From an uncultured Gemmatimonadaceae bacterium (GTDB lineage: Bacteria > Gemmatimonadota > Gemmatimonadetes > Gemmatimonadales > Gemmatimonadaceae): a DNA stretch of 64,000 nucleotides. Positions 1 through 10,491 of the stretch are shown here, piece after piece. Position 1 is the stretch's first letter. The number at the start of each line of letters is the position of its first letter. The position numbers were made by a program, and so were the translations under genes. The stretch spans positions 2,432,001 to 2,496,000 of the forward strand of contig CAVUDW010000003.1 of the NCBI GenBank assembly GCA_963740355.1, written 5' to 3'. The notes beneath the pieces were generated by a model. The model was not told the origin of the DNA. It searched no databases and saw only the letters and a list, made by a program, of their open reading frames with translations.

Positions 1-81
1 TGTCGTCCGGTTGTCATCTGTTCGCACGTGGATCGCCGCCAGATGCGGGCAGCGTCATCGGCCTCGAATGCGGAACGAGTG

Positions 82-1008
82 TCACGAATCGCGCGGCACC
101 ACCATCACTGCGCAGGTTGCCGTGCGCACGACGCGAGTGGCCGCGCTACCGAGCACCATGCGCTCCACCAGCGAACGTGAGTGGCGGCCGACGGCGATCA
201 GGTCGGCATTGATTCGGGTGGCATGGAACACCAGCTCCCTCCCGATGTTGCCGGCCAGCGCGATCGTCTCGATCTCGAGCGTTTCCGGCAGCTCGAGCTG
301 CGAAATCATGCGCCCGAACGCCTCGTTGAGGCGATCGAGAACGTGCGGCGGCCAGTCCGCGAGCATCGCCGGCAATGGCTCTGCCAGCGGATCGATGTGG
401 ACGAAGGTGAGCTTGCCATGCGGCCCGACGAGGCGGGCGGCAGCGCGGGCGGCGGCCAGGCTGCTGCCGTCGAAATCCGTGCCGACCACGGCGTGCTGCG
501 GCAGCTTCGTCATGGCTTCCGGCACCGCCAACGTCGCCACATCCGCCTCCCGCACCGCGTGTAATGCGGTCTCGGTTCCGAAGAGACGGTCTACCGCCTT
601 GTGGCGACCGAGCCCGAGGATGATCAGCTCTGCCTTTTTCGCGACGGCGTGGAAGAGGATGCCACTCAGGGGCACGCTGCATTCCACGAACAGGTCTGCT
701 GGCGCAGGGAGCGCGAGTCGTTCGCACTGCAGCACGACCGCCGCGCGACGCGCACTGATCGCCGCATCCTCGGCACTCGGAACGGCAGTCGGTGCCAGTG
801 CGAGGTCGTTCACTGGCATCGGGTATGTCATCGGTTCCACGACGCTGATGACCGCAACATTCGCCCCGTCGCGTCGCGACAACGCGTCAGCGACGCGCAG
901 CGCACCATCCGCCGCGAGCGAGGTATCGGTCGCCACCAGCACACGACCGATTGGCGCCAATGGCGCGCTGCGCGCCGTGGGGAACGATGCCTTCACGGTA
1001 CCAGACAT
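82..1008 (-). CDS. Tandem-domain universal stress protein (UspA family)
   Basis: Two USP domains (RVLVATDTS...LIILGLGRHKAVDRLFGTET; VVGTDFD...DLIAVGRHSRSLVERMVLGSAATRVVRTATCAVMVVP). Start moved to ATG 1008, which has a GGAGA SD. Confidence 0.9.
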   Translation of the reverse strand: MSGTVKASFPTARSAPLAPIGRVLVATDTSLAADGALRVADALSRRDGANVAVISVVEPMTYPMPVNDLALAPTAVPSAEDAAISARRAAVVLQCERLALPAPADLFVECSVPLSGILFHAVAKKAELIILGLGRHKAVDRLFGTETALHAVREADVATLAVPEAMTKLPQHAVVGTDFDGSSLAAARAAARLVGPHGKLTFVHIDPLAEPLPAMLADWPPHVLDRLNEAFGRMISQLELPETLEIETIALAGNIGRELVFHATRINADLIAVGRHSRSLVERMVLGSAATRVVRTATCAVMVVPRDS

Positions 1009-1232
1009 TCCGGTCTCCCACCCGCGCAGCAGGTGGCGCGTACGGACGCGACCGTCGCACGGTAGTCGGCGACCGAATCGCGAGAGGCGCCGGTACGCGG
1101 CTGCGAGTCGCCTCTCAGCCAGCAATGTCGGTCTGGGACATCGAACGACTGTCAGTGATTCGCCGGACGGACCTGCCCGGACATCCCAACAGCCCTACAC
1201 GCCCCTCACATCCTCGACTTGCCATACGCAAA

Positions 1233-1277
1233 GGAGCCCGGCACCGCAGCCAAAAACAGGCGCTGGTGCCGGGCTCC
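1233..1277 (-). terminator. Hairpin downstream of rpmG
   Basis: ggagcccggcacc...ggtgccgggctcc inverted repeat, followed by TTT on the minus strand. Confidence 0.5.
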
Positions 1278-1294
1278 GCGCATCGCGCGGAACC

Positions 1295-1456
1295 TTACTT
1301 GGTTTCCTTGAACAGGACGTGCTTCTTCGCGATCGGATCGTACTTCTTCATCTCGATCCGCTCAGGATGCAGACGTGCGTTCTTGGTCTTGTGGTACGTG
1401 TACGGTGATTCCGTGCTGCGCAGCTTGATCTTGATGCGCTTGCCCTTTGCGGCCAT
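1295..1456 (-). CDS. rpmG: 50S ribosomal protein L33 (cysteine-free type)
   Basis: [26 protein letters not shown]...[28 protein letters not shown] before ATG 1456. Confidence 0.95.
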   Translation of the reverse strand: MAAKGKRIKIKLRSTESPYTYHKTKNARLHPERIEMKKYDPIAKKHVLFKETK

Positions 1457-1574
1457 GATGCTCCTCGCGAGGTACTGGTAATCGTAGCCCACAAAGCTAT
1501 ACCGACCCGGTCCGGCATGGGAGGGGTGAGTCCGAGCAAATTCCTGCTCTGCTCGTGTTCCGACTGCCGCTAGG

Positions 1575-1961
1575 GGTCCACGGAGCTCACGGGTGCTCTG
1601 ATCTTCGCGCGTCTGTCTTCGCTGGCATCGCTAACAGAAATGGGGGGGGAGGCCACGGAGCTCACGGAGTGCGCCGATCGCGCGCGTCTGTCTTCGCGGG
1701 CATCGCTAACAGCAATGGGGGGGAGGCCACGGAGCTCACGGAGTGCGCCGATCGCGCGCGTCCGTCTTCGCGGGCATCGCTAACAGCAATGGGGGGGGAG
1801 GCCACGGAGCTCACGGAGTGCGCCGATCGCGCGCGTCTGCCTTCGCCACCTTCTGCACTGCACGGCGGGTTAGCGGCGGACGCGATCAAAGCAGAGCTGG
1901 GGTAGAGCCAACCTCTGAATCTGGAGCTACTCCGTGAGCTCCGTGGCCTCCCGCTCATTTG
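1575..1961. repeat. Family A repeat: ~75-bp tandem units with core GGCCACGGAGCTCACGGAGTGC plus one inverted copy
   Basis: Cores at ~1578, 1651, 1725 and 1800; inverted core ctccgtgagctccgtggcctcc at ~1930. Confidence 0.9.
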
Positions 1962-1992
1962 CTTTTGATCCTTTGTTTTAGACTGTGCCCCG

Positions 1993-3471
1993 ATGACCAT
2001 CGCGCCAACCTCTCCGCTTCTGTCGCCGGCCCCGCCGCTCGGCGACTTCGACCCCGCCGTGCTCGAGGCGGGGGTCGACCAGATCCTGGCCCTTTTCCGT
2101 CGGCTGCACGACGGCGGCGCGCTGCCGCCGGTGCTCAGTCAGGTCACGCCAGGGACTATCGCCGACCAGCTCGCGGCGTCGGCGCCGAGTGCGCCGGAGC
2201 CGCTCGCTGCGATCCTCGACGATGTCGAACGGATCATCGTGCCGGGCATCACGCACTGGCATCACCCCAGCTTCTTCGCCTACTTCGCCAACTCGAGCAG
2301 CGTCCCCTCGCTGCTCGGCGAGGTGCTGACATCGGGGCTGAACGCCAACGCGATGCTCTGGGTCACCAGCCCCGCAGCCACCGAACTCGAACAGCGCGTG
2401 CTGGAATGGCTCTGGGAAGCGATGGGGCTGCCGAATGCGAAGGACTGGTTCGGGATCATCACCGACACCGCGTCCATGTCGACCATGCTCGGTATCGCCG
2501 CCGCACGCGAAGCGGCTGGTTTCGATATCCGTCGCAAGGGCATGGCGGGTCGCGCCGACATCCCCGTGTTGCGCGTGTATTGCAGCGAACACACACACTC
2601 GTCGGTCGACAAGGCCTGCATCACGCTTGGCATCGGCACCGATAATGTGGTCAAGATCCCGGTGGACGACGCGTTCAGCATGCGCATCGATGCGCTGGAA
2701 TCAGCCATCGCAGCTGATCGGGCGGCCGGCATGTGTCCGCTGGCCGTGGTCGGGACCGTGGGCACCACCAGCACCTCCAGCGTCGACCCGATTCCGGCCA
2801 TCGCCGATCTCTGCGAACGCGAGAAAGTCTGGTTCCATGTCGATGCCGCCTACGCCGGCGTGATGGGCATCGCACCGGAATTCCGGCATGTGCTGGCCGG
2901 CGTCGATCGCGCCGACAGCGTGGTCACCAATCCACACAAGTGGTTGTTCACCACCATGGATTGCAGCGCGTTCTGGACCCGACATCAGGATGTGCTGCGG
3001 CGCGCCTTTTCGCTGGTGGCCGAATATCTCGTCACCGCGCGCGACTCACAGGTCGTGAATTACATGGACTACGGCGTGCAGCTGGGCCGTCGCTTCCGCG
3101 CGCTGAAGTTGTGGATGGTGATGCGCGCGTTCGGCACCGACGGGCTTGCAGCGCGACTCCGCGAGCATTGCGCACTCGCACGCGAGTTCGCCGTGCGTGT
3201 CGAGAGTGATCCGTCGTGGACGCTCTGTGCCCCTGTGCCATTTTCGCTGGTCTGCTTCCGATTTGCGCCAGCCGATCTGCGTGACGAAGACGCGGATGCC
3301 AGGAATGCAGAAATTCTCGCGACCGTAAACGCCGCCGGGCGTGTCTACCTCTCGCACACGCGCCTCAACGGCCGCTATGTCCTGCGCCTCGCGATCGGCA
3401 ACATCCTAACGATGCGTGAGCACGTCACACTGGCGTGGGACGAACTGCAACGCGCCGCGTCGTTGGCCTGA
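1993..3471 (+). CDS. PLP-dependent group II decarboxylase (aromatic-L-amino-acid decarboxylase-like)
   Basis: PGITHWHHPSFFAYF, SPAATELE, WFHVDAAYAG, NPHKW (PLP lysine), LGRRFRALKLW. Confidence 0.92.
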   Translation: MTIAPTSPLLSPAPPLGDFDPAVLEAGVDQILALFRRLHDGGALPPVLSQVTPGTIADQLAASAPSAPEPLAAILDDVERIIVPGITHWHHPSFFAYFANSSSVPSLLGEVLTSGLNANAMLWVTSPAATELEQRVLEWLWEAMGLPNAKDWFGIITDTASMSTMLGIAAAREAAGFDIRRKGMAGRADIPVLRVYCSEHTHSSVDKACITLGIGTDNVVKIPVDDAFSMRIDALESAIAADRAAGMCPLAVVGTVGTTSTSSVDPIPAIADLCEREKVWFHVDAAYAGVMGIAPEFRHVLAGVDRADSVVTNPHKWLFTTMDCSAFWTRHQDVLRRAFSLVAEYLVTARDSQVVNYMDYGVQLGRRFRALKLWMVMRAFGTDGLAARLREHCALAREFAVRVESDPSWTLCAPVPFSLVCFRFAPADLRDEDADARNAEILATVNAAGRVYLSHTRLNGRYVLRLAIGNILTMREHVTLAWDELQRAASLA

Positions 3472-3508
3472 CGCGGCACGCTGCTCTCACATCATACGGC
3501 ACTCGGCG

Positions 3509-4297
3509 CTACTCGTCACCGAGCAGCGCGCCGAGTGACCCGATCGTTCCGCGCGATCCGCCACCGGTGCGACCCGCAGGTGCGGCGGCGATGATGCGAT
3601 CGGCGAGTCGCGAGAACGGCAGCGTCTGCAGCACGATCCGGCCTGGGCCGCGCAACCGTACATAGAAGAGGCCTTCACCGCCGAACAACGCGGTCTTGAT
3701 CCCCTTCACCATCTCGATGTCGTACTCCACGCTGGGCTGCATCGCCACGAAACACCCCGTGTCGACGCGGAGGACTTCACCGGGCTGCAGGTCGCGCTGG
3801 ACGAGTGTGCCGCTCGCGTGCAGGAAGGCGAGTCCATCGCCGCTGATCTTCTGCAGCACGAATCCTTCGCCGCCAAAGAAGCCTGCGCCGATCTTGCGTT
3901 GCAGCGCGATGCTCACGTCGAGGCCGCGCGCGCCAGCGAGGAATGCGTCGCGCTGGGCGATGATCGTGCCGCCCCAGTCGAGCACATTCACCGCCTGGAT
4001 CTTCCCCGGGAACGGACTGGCGAAGGCCACGTCGCGTCGCTGGTTCGCTTCGTTGATGAACACCGTCATCATGAAGCTGTCGCCCGACAACACACGCTTC
4101 GCGCCGCCCATCAATTTGCCGAGCAGCCCGCCGCCTTCGTTGTTCGGATCGAGCGTCGTGATCGGCCGGATGCCGTCCTCCATGTACATCATCGCCCCCG
4201 CCTCCGCCGTCACCGCTTCGCCCGGGTCGAGGGTCACGATCACTGCCTGCAGATCATCGCCGATCAGGCGATAGTCGATTTCATCAGCTTTGCGCAT
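3509..4297 (-). CDS. AIM24/TIGR00266 family protein
   Basis: AEAGAMMYM, GAGFFGGEGFVLQK, LFGGEGLF...GPGRIVLQTLPFSRLA. Confidence 0.9.
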   Translation of the reverse strand: MRKADEIDYRLIGDDLQAVIVTLDPGEAVTAEAGAMMYMEDGIRPITTLDPNNEGGGLLGKLMGGAKRVLSGDSFMMTVFINEANQRRDVAFASPFPGKIQAVNVLDWGGTIIAQRDAFLAGARGLDVSIALQRKIGAGFFGGEGFVLQKISGDGLAFLHASGTLVQRDLQPGEVLRVDTGCFVAMQPSVEYDIEMVKGIKTALFGGEGLFYVRLRGPGRIVLQTLPFSRLADRIIAAAPAGRTGGGSRGTIGSLGALLGDE

Positions 4298-4400
4298 GAA
4301 CGATCCTGAAAGAGGAGACCTTCATCCAAGAAACTGCGGAAGACCAGGGACCACCGAGGATTTTCGATTGCGGCGAACGTGCAACGGCACCGGCAACTGC

Positions 4401-4577
4401 AACTGCAATGGGGGGGAGGCCACGGAGCTCACGGAGTGCGACCGCAGCAGCGTTCCGCTTTACACGCACCTACGATGAATTTGTGAAGACCCTTGAAGTT
4501 TCTAGTTGCCGCGCGAAGCACTGAGCATTGCCCTCGGAGCACTCCGTGAGCTCCGTGGCCTCCCCCTCATTGCAGTT
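4401..4577. repeat. Family A inverted doublet (REPIN/MITE-like)
   Basis: ~39-bp arms at 4401-4439 and 4539-4577 are near reverse complements around a ~100-bp spacer. Confidence 0.85.
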
Positions 4578-4595
4578 TCGTTTCACACCGAATGC

Positions 4596-5264
4596 TCAAG
4601 CCCAGTACTCCCAGTGATTCCCGAACACCACATACGCCGAAAGGCAGGCGTTGGTGACGGCGTGGGTCCAGACGAGGTCGGCCAGCGACTTGGTCTTGGC
4701 CATCCAGATGTTGTAGATGACGCCGCATAGCAGCCCGACTTCCCAGTAGGAACCGTGCTCGCTGGCGAACAGCACTGCGGTCGCCCAGAACGAAAGCGTG
4801 GTGAAGCTGCCGAGTGGCCGAAGGCGGAAGTCGTCGAACGAGTCCACCGCGCGTGGCAGCCAGCCACGCCAGAACAACTCCTCGAGAATCGGCACCAGCA
4901 GGACGGCCCGCGCCGCTCGCAGCCAGAGGGTGAGGGAGTCGCCCTGTGCTGCCGCATCGAGGCCGGCCGTCGGGCTGCCAACGATCCCGTTATCGAACAG
5001 CCAGTGCGACCGATAGCCCGGCCAGAGCGCATCCGGCGCAATCCAGAGCATGAACACCCCGACCCCGATTGCCGTCGACGTCAGCAGATGCTTCGGCAGC
5101 AGGTCGATCACGTCGCGGCTGAACACCAGCAGCGCCGCTACCAGCAGCACGACCCAGAGCAGCGCATTCCACGGCTGCGGAATCTCGAGCGGCTTGAGCA
5201 CGGCCAGCAGCACCATGAACAGTGCAAACGGGGCGACCCAGGGAACGGCGGCGCGAACGGGCAT
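4596..5264 (-). CDS. CAAX prenyl protease-related (CPBP/Abi family) intramembrane protease
   Basis: Multi-TM protein with ILEELFWRG, FASEH and HAVTN motifs. Confidence 0.88.
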   Translation of the reverse strand: MPVRAAVPWVAPFALFMVLLAVLKPLEIPQPWNALLWVVLLVAALLVFSRDVIDLLPKHLLTSTAIGVGVFMLWIAPDALWPGYRSHWLFDNGIVGSPTAGLDAAAQGDSLTLWLRAARAVLLVPILEELFWRGWLPRAVDSFDDFRLRPLGSFTTLSFWATAVLFASEHGSYWEVGLLCGVIYNIWMAKTKSLADLVWTHAVTNACLSAYVVFGNHWEYWA

Positions 5265-5424
5265 CGGGCATGTCGGAGGGAAGGGAACTGGAACGGCGTC
5301 AATCTAGACCCGCCATCGCTCCTCGCCGAGGCAATGGCGGCCACTACCGCCCGCGTCGCACACACGAGACACTGCAGTGCGGCACACCCGCAGCCCCGCC
5401 ACAGCATCCTCCGACCAGCCACCG

Positions 5425-7020
5425 ATGCGCCGCCTTCTTCCCTTCGCGTTTGCCGCGACGTCAGTCGTCGCCCCACTGTCGACGCTCTGTACCGTGCCGC
5501 TGTCGGCCCAGCGCCTTCCCGCCACGGCGCCGGTGGACCTGGACGCGTATGTGAATCGCGTGCTGCGCACCTTCAACGTGCCGGGGATGGCGGTCACGAT
5601 CGTCAAGGATGGCAAGGTGCTCGTCGCCCGCGGCTACGGCGTGCGAACCCTCGGTGACAGCACCCGCGTGAACGCGAGCACACGCTTCGGCATCGCCTCC
5701 AACTCCAAGGCCTTCACCGCCACCGCTCTCGCGATGCTGGTTGACGAGGGCAAGGTCGAGTGGGACGCGCCAGTGGTGACCTACCTGCCGCAATTCGCGC
5801 TGTCGGATCCGTACGTCACCCGACAGATCACCGTGCGCGACCTGCTGGTCCATCGCAGCGGTCTTGGCCTTGGCGCCGGCGATCTGCTCTGGTGGCCAGC
5901 GTCGACGTACACGCGCAAGCAGATCATGCATCGGCTGCGCGACATCCCGCTCAGCACCAGCTTCCGCAGTGCGTACGCCTACGACAACGTGCTCTATCTC
6001 GTCGCGGGCGAGGTGATCGAGGCGGTGAGCGGCAAGACATGGGAAGACTTCATCGCTTCGCGCATCCTCACCCCGCTCGGCATGTCGCAGTCGACCACCC
6101 GGCATTCAGACGCCGAAGCTGGAGGCAACGTCGCATCGACCCATGCGATCGTCGATGGCACGCTGCAGCGCGTGAAGCCGCTCACCAGCAACAACACCAA
6201 CCCGGCGGGCGGCATCAACACCACCGCCGACGACGTCGCGAAGTGGCTGATCACGCAGCTCGACTCCGGTCGGACCGGTGCGACACGTCTTTGGTCACAG
6301 CGTGCACAGCGCACCCTCTGGACCGGCGTCACGCCGATGCCCTTTGGTCCGCAACCGGGCGTGTTCGGCACCGTGGCGCCGCAGTTCAAGCTCTACGCCT
6401 TGGGCTTCGACGTGCAGGACTATCGCGGCACCAAGATCGCCACCCACACCGGCGGCCTGCCAGGCTATGTGTCGGAAGTCACCTTCGTCCCATCGCTCAA
6501 GCTCGGCATTGCGGTCTTCACGAACCAGGAAAGCGGCGCCGCGTTCAAGTCAGTCACCAACCGCGTGCTCGATCATTTCATGGGCGCCCCCGTCATCGAC
6601 TGGCGCGCCGCCTACGACAGCGTCGAGAACAGCGGCCGCGCTGCCGTCGCGGCGCAAGTTGCCGGCGCCACCACCTCGCGCGACTCGCTCTCCAGGCCAT
6701 CGCTGCCCATCGAACGCTACGCCGGTCGATTCACCGACAAGTGGTACGGCGATGTCACGGTGACAGTGAACAACGGCAGGCTGTCACTCGCGATGCAGCC
6801 CACACCGGAGCTGGTCGGTGACCTGCAACACTGGCAGTTCGACACCTTCGTCGTTCGCTGGAAGGACCGCTCGCTGCGCGCCGACGCCTTCATCACGTTC
6901 CAGCTCTCCCCCGACGGCCAGATCGAGAGCGCCCGCATGGCCCCCTTCAGCGCCGACGTCGACTTCTCCTTCGACTTCCAGGACCTCCGCCTCATCCGAG
7001 ACCGCCGTTCGACTCCGTGA
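5425..7020 (+). CDS. Exported serine hydrolase (class C beta-lactamase/peptidase S12-like) with C-terminal DUF3471-like domain
   Basis: Signal peptide; SNSK (SxxK), YDN (YxN) and HTGG motifs. Confidence 0.88.
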   Translation: MRRLLPFAFAATSVVAPLSTLCTVPLSAQRLPATAPVDLDAYVNRVLRTFNVPGMAVTIVKDGKVLVARGYGVRTLGDSTRVNASTRFGIASNSKAFTATALAMLVDEGKVEWDAPVVTYLPQFALSDPYVTRQITVRDLLVHRSGLGLGAGDLLWWPASTYTRKQIMHRLRDIPLSTSFRSAYAYDNVLYLVAGEVIEAVSGKTWEDFIASRILTPLGMSQSTTRHSDAEAGGNVASTHAIVDGTLQRVKPLTSNNTNPAGGINTTADDVAKWLITQLDSGRTGATRLWSQRAQRTLWTGVTPMPFGPQPGVFGTVAPQFKLYALGFDVQDYRGTKIATHTGGLPGYVSEVTFVPSLKLGIAVFTNQESGAAFKSVTNRVLDHFMGAPVIDWRAAYDSVENSGRAAVAAQVAGATTSRDSLSRPSLPIERYAGRFTDKWYGDVTVTVNNGRLSLAMQPTPELVGDLQHWQFDTFVVRWKDRSLRADAFITFQLSPDGQIESARMAPFSADVDFSFDFQDLRLIRDRRSTP

Positions 7021-7054
7021 GCATCGCTCAACGGCGTCTCTGCGATTCGCTGTC

Positions 7055-7092
7055 AAAAAAGAACGGGCGGACCGAATTCGGCCCGCCCGTTC
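7055..7092 (-). terminator. Rho-independent terminator of efflux operon
   Basis: gaacgggcgg...ccgcccgttc stem with a T-run on the minus strand, between convergent genes. Confidence 0.8.
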
Positions 7093-7116
7093 TCCGTGAC
7101 TCACCAGCAACGACGA

Positions 7117-10100
7117 TCAGTCACCCATGACTGGCTGCGGCATCACGGCGCCCTTCGGCACCGCGTGTTCCGCCGTCTGCGGCGTGCTGAACCCGAGTCG
7201 TGCGCCGAACCAGGCGCGCATGCCATCGAGGATCTCGTAGATCGTCGGCACCACGATCAACGTCAGGATCGTCGACGTGATCACACCACCGATGACTGCC
7301 GTGCCCAGTGGCTTGCGGAAGTCGGCGCCTTCACCCGTGCCGAGGGCGATCGGCAACATGCCCGCCACCAGCGCGAACGTCGTCATCAGGATCGGACGAA
7401 GACGAATCGCACCAGCTTCGATCAGCGCCGTGCGCAATGACACGCCTGCTTCTTCGCGCTGCCACTTGGCGAAGTCGATCAGCAGGATCGCGTTTTTCGC
7501 CACGATACCGGCCAGCAGGATCACGCCGATCAGCGACATCAGGTTGATCGTCGTGTTCGTCAATGCCAGCGCGCCGAACACACCAACCAGCGACAGCGGC
7601 AGCGAGATCAGGATCGCGATCGGATCGAGGAAGCTGCCGAACTGGATCACGAGGATCATGTACATCAACACGATCGCAATACCGAGCGCCGAGAGGATCG
7701 ACCCGAAGACCTTGTTCTGGTTCTCCGTGTCACCACCCTGGCTGAGCGAGACGCCAGGTGGCATCGGCTCCGACGCCATGATCTTGTTGATGTCGGCCAG
7801 CACATCGGAGTTCGGTCGACCAGCCACGTTCGCCTGCACCGTCACCAGCTTGTCGCGGTTGAGGTGGTTGATGATCGCCGGGCCGAGGCCCTGCTCCACC
7901 GTGGCCACCTGTCCCAACGGCAGCGTGCTCGACGGACCACCGTTCTTGCCAGGAATCACCAGTGGCAAGCGCGTCAGGTCGATCAGGCGTTCACGCGATT
8001 CCGGCGTGAAGCGCACCCGTACCTTGCGCGTCTCGCCCATCGGATCGACCCAGTCCCCTGCTTCCACACCTGCGAAGGCCGGCCGCAGCGACTGCGCGAC
8101 TGAACCCACGGTGACGCCGAGCGAGCTCGCCAGACCACGGTCGACCTGCACCGTCAGTTCCGGCTTCTGGCCCTTCGTGCTCAGGTCCACGTCCACGGCA
8201 CCCTTCACGGCCTTGATCTTCGGCAGGAGCTTTTCAGCATACGCCTGCAGCGACCGTGCATCGTCGCCGCGCAGCTGCAACTGGATCTGCTTCTGGTCGC
8301 CGTTGAAGTCGTTCGTGTACACACTCGCCACCGCGCCGCCGATCAGCGCCATGTCAACGCGCAGCTTCTCCGCCAGGCCGTCCGCCGAGAGCTGTCCCTT
8401 GCCCTTGCGTTCGCCCTTCGGATGCAGCTTCACGTACACATTGCCCGCGTCCACCGCGCCGCTGGCGCCACCAATCGTGGCGAACGTGAACACGACCTCC
8501 GGATACCGGCGCGCAATACGCTCGGCCTCGAGCACCTTCAGGCGCATGTAGTCCAGGTTCGAGCCCGGCGGCGTCTCAACCTTCACGTTCAACTCGGCGT
8601 TGTCCTCGCTCGGGAAGAAGCTGACGCCCACCTTGCCGAAGTCGAGCAGGGCGTTCGCCTTCTCGGTGCCCATCGCCGACTTCGCGATGTTCGGAACCAT
8701 CGGAATGCTGGCGATCGCCAGCAGCAGGAAGACCACACCGAGTGCAATACGAACACCACCCGACAGTGCCTTTCGGGTATCGAACCAGACACCGACCAGG
8801 ATCAAGCCCATCGCAATCGAGAAGCCGATGAAGCCGGACAGCGGCAGCGAGAAGGCAGCGAAGAACACGCCGACCGCGAGGATCATCATCGCCACACGGT
8901 GATCGAGCGCCCACGAGATCACGCCGCGGTACTTCTCGATCTGGTGATTGAACCAATGGTTGAACTTGTCCAGCCACTTGGTGATGAACCACTTCTTGTC
9001 TTCCGGCTGATGCGGATCAGGCCAGTAGGCCGACAACATCGGGTCGAGCGAGAAGCTGACGAAGAGCGACACCAGCACCGAGCAGGCGATGGTCAGGGCC
9101 AACGGCTTGAACCATTGTCCCGCTTCTGCCTCGAGGAACGCGATCGGCACGAACACCGCCACGATCGAGAACGTCGTCGCAGCCACGGCGAGGCCGATTT
9201 CGGCGGTGCCGTCCATGGCCGCTTGCATGTGGTCTTTGCCCATCTCCACATGTCTCACGATGTTCTCTCGAACCACGATTGCATCGTCGATCAGGATACC
9301 GATCGCCAACGACAACCCCAGCAGCGACATCGTGTTGAGGGTGAAGCCGAACGCATACACCGCCACGAAGCTCGCCACCACCGACACCGGCAGTGCCAGG
9401 CCCGTGATCACGGTGGAGCGCCATGAGTTCAGGAACAGGAACACCACCAGCACCGTCAACAGCGCGCCTTCGATCAGCGTGCCGCGCACGTTCGCCACGC
9501 TGGCATCCACGCGCTTGCCCGAGTCCTTGATCACCTGGAGCATCACGCCTGGCGGCATCCGCTTCTGGATCCGCTCGATCGCCGCCACAACCTTGGTCGT
9601 GACTTCGGTGGTGCTGTAACCGGTGGACTTGTTGACCTGCAGACCGACTGCTTCGACACCGTCAAGCAACGACAACGTGCGCTGCTCCTCGGTACCGTCG
9701 CGTATGTCTGCCAACTGGCCCAGCCGCACCAGCTGACCGTTCCGCTGCGCCACCGCGATGTTGGCAAAATCCTGCGCGTCCTCTAGGCGACCCTTGAGAC
9801 GGATCGTCCGCTCGTCCAGCACACCCGTCAGGCTGCCGACTGGCACCGCCAGGTTCTGCTGCTGGAGCGCGGCGACCACTTCACCGACACTGATGTTGTT
9901 CGCCTGTAGCGCCATCGGCTTCAGCTCGACCATCATCTCGCGCTTCACACCACCCGTCACTTCCACCTTCGCCACGCCGGCAATCGCGCGCAGTTCGCGC
10001 GTGACACCCGGATCGGCGATCAGTGTCAGCTGCGGCGCCGTCAACTCCTTCGACGACATCGCGATCTGCACCACCGGTCGATCGGTGGGATTGAACTTCT

Positions 10101-10485
10101 GCAGGATCGGCTCCTTCATTTCGGCCGGCAGGTCGTTGCGCTTCAGGTTGATCGCATCGCGAATCTCCGTCGTCGCTTCCTGCATGTTCTTGCCGAACTT
10201 GAAGAACGTGATCACGGTCATGAAACCGTCACGCGCCTCACCCTGCACCTTGTCCACGCCGGAGATGCCGGTGATGGCCTCCTCGACGGGATCGAGCACT
10301 TCGCGCTCCACTTGGTCCGGACTTGCACCCGGATACACGATCGTCGTCAAGACGACGGGAGGCGCCACTTCCGGAAACTCGTCCGTCTGCAGCTTGCCGT
10401 AGGCGAACAAGCCGCTCACCACCAACACCAGCATCGCAACGATGGTGATGAGTGGGCGCTTGATCGCAAAATCCGAAATCCACAT
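7117..10485 (-). CDS. RND efflux permease (AcrB/HAE1 family)
   Basis: ISDFAIKRP, GILIDDAIVVRENI, KNAILLID, RLRPILMTT. Confidence 0.96.
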   Translation of the reverse strand: MWISDFAIKRPLITIVAMLVLVVSGLFAYGKLQTDEFPEVAPPVVLTTIVYPGASPDQVEREVLDPVEEAITGISGVDKVQGEARDGFMTVITFFKFGKNMQEATTEIRDAINLKRNDLPAEMKEPILQKFNPTDRPVVQIAMSSKELTAPQLTLIADPGVTRELRAIAGVAKVEVTGGVKREMMVELKPMALQANNISVGEVVAALQQQNLAVPVGSLTGVLDERTIRLKGRLEDAQDFANIAVAQRNGQLVRLGQLADIRDGTEEQRTLSLLDGVEAVGLQVNKSTGYSTTEVTTKVVAAIERIQKRMPPGVMLQVIKDSGKRVDASVANVRGTLIEGALLTVLVVFLFLNSWRSTVITGLALPVSVVASFVAVYAFGFTLNTMSLLGLSLAIGILIDDAIVVRENIVRHVEMGKDHMQAAMDGTAEIGLAVAATTFSIVAVFVPIAFLEAEAGQWFKPLALTIACSVLVSLFVSFSLDPMLSAYWPDPHQPEDKKWFITKWLDKFNHWFNHQIEKYRGVISWALDHRVAMMILAVGVFFAAFSLPLSGFIGFSIAMGLILVGVWFDTRKALSGGVRIALGVVFLLLAIASIPMVPNIAKSAMGTEKANALLDFGKVGVSFFPSEDNAELNVKVETPPGSNLDYMRLKVLEAERIARRYPEVVFTFATIGGASGAVDAGNVYVKLHPKGERKGKGQLSADGLAEKLRVDMALIGGAVASVYTNDFNGDQKQIQLQLRGDDARSLQAYAEKLLPKIKAVKGAVDVDLSTKGQKPELTVQVDRGLASSLGVTVGSVAQSLRPAFAGVEAGDWVDPMGETRKVRVRFTPESRERLIDLTRLPLVIPGKNGGPSSTLPLGQVATVEQGLGPAIINHLNRDKLVTVQANVAGRPNSDVLADINKIMASEPMPPGVSLSQGGDTENQNKVFGSILSALGIAIVLMYMILVIQFGSFLDPIAILISLPLSLVGVFGALALTNTTINLMSLIGVILLAGIVAKNAILLIDFAKWQREEAGVSLRTALIEAGAIRLRPILMTTFALVAGMLPIALGTGEGADFRKPLGTAVIGGVITSTILTLIVVPTIYEILDGMRAWFGARLGFSTPQTAEHAVPKGAVMPQPVMGD

Positions 10486-10491
10486 GTTGGC

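Noticed and set aside
11..1408. Long antisense or alternate-frame ORFs (e.g. 11-1408, 7277-8551, 21472-22806, 46168-47703)
   Set aside because: Shadow ORFs of real genes in high-GC DNA, with no recognisable motifs
1993..3471. Siderophore or secondary-metabolite cluster around the decarboxylase
   Set aside because: No monooxygenase, acyltransferase, NIS or NRPS genes nearby
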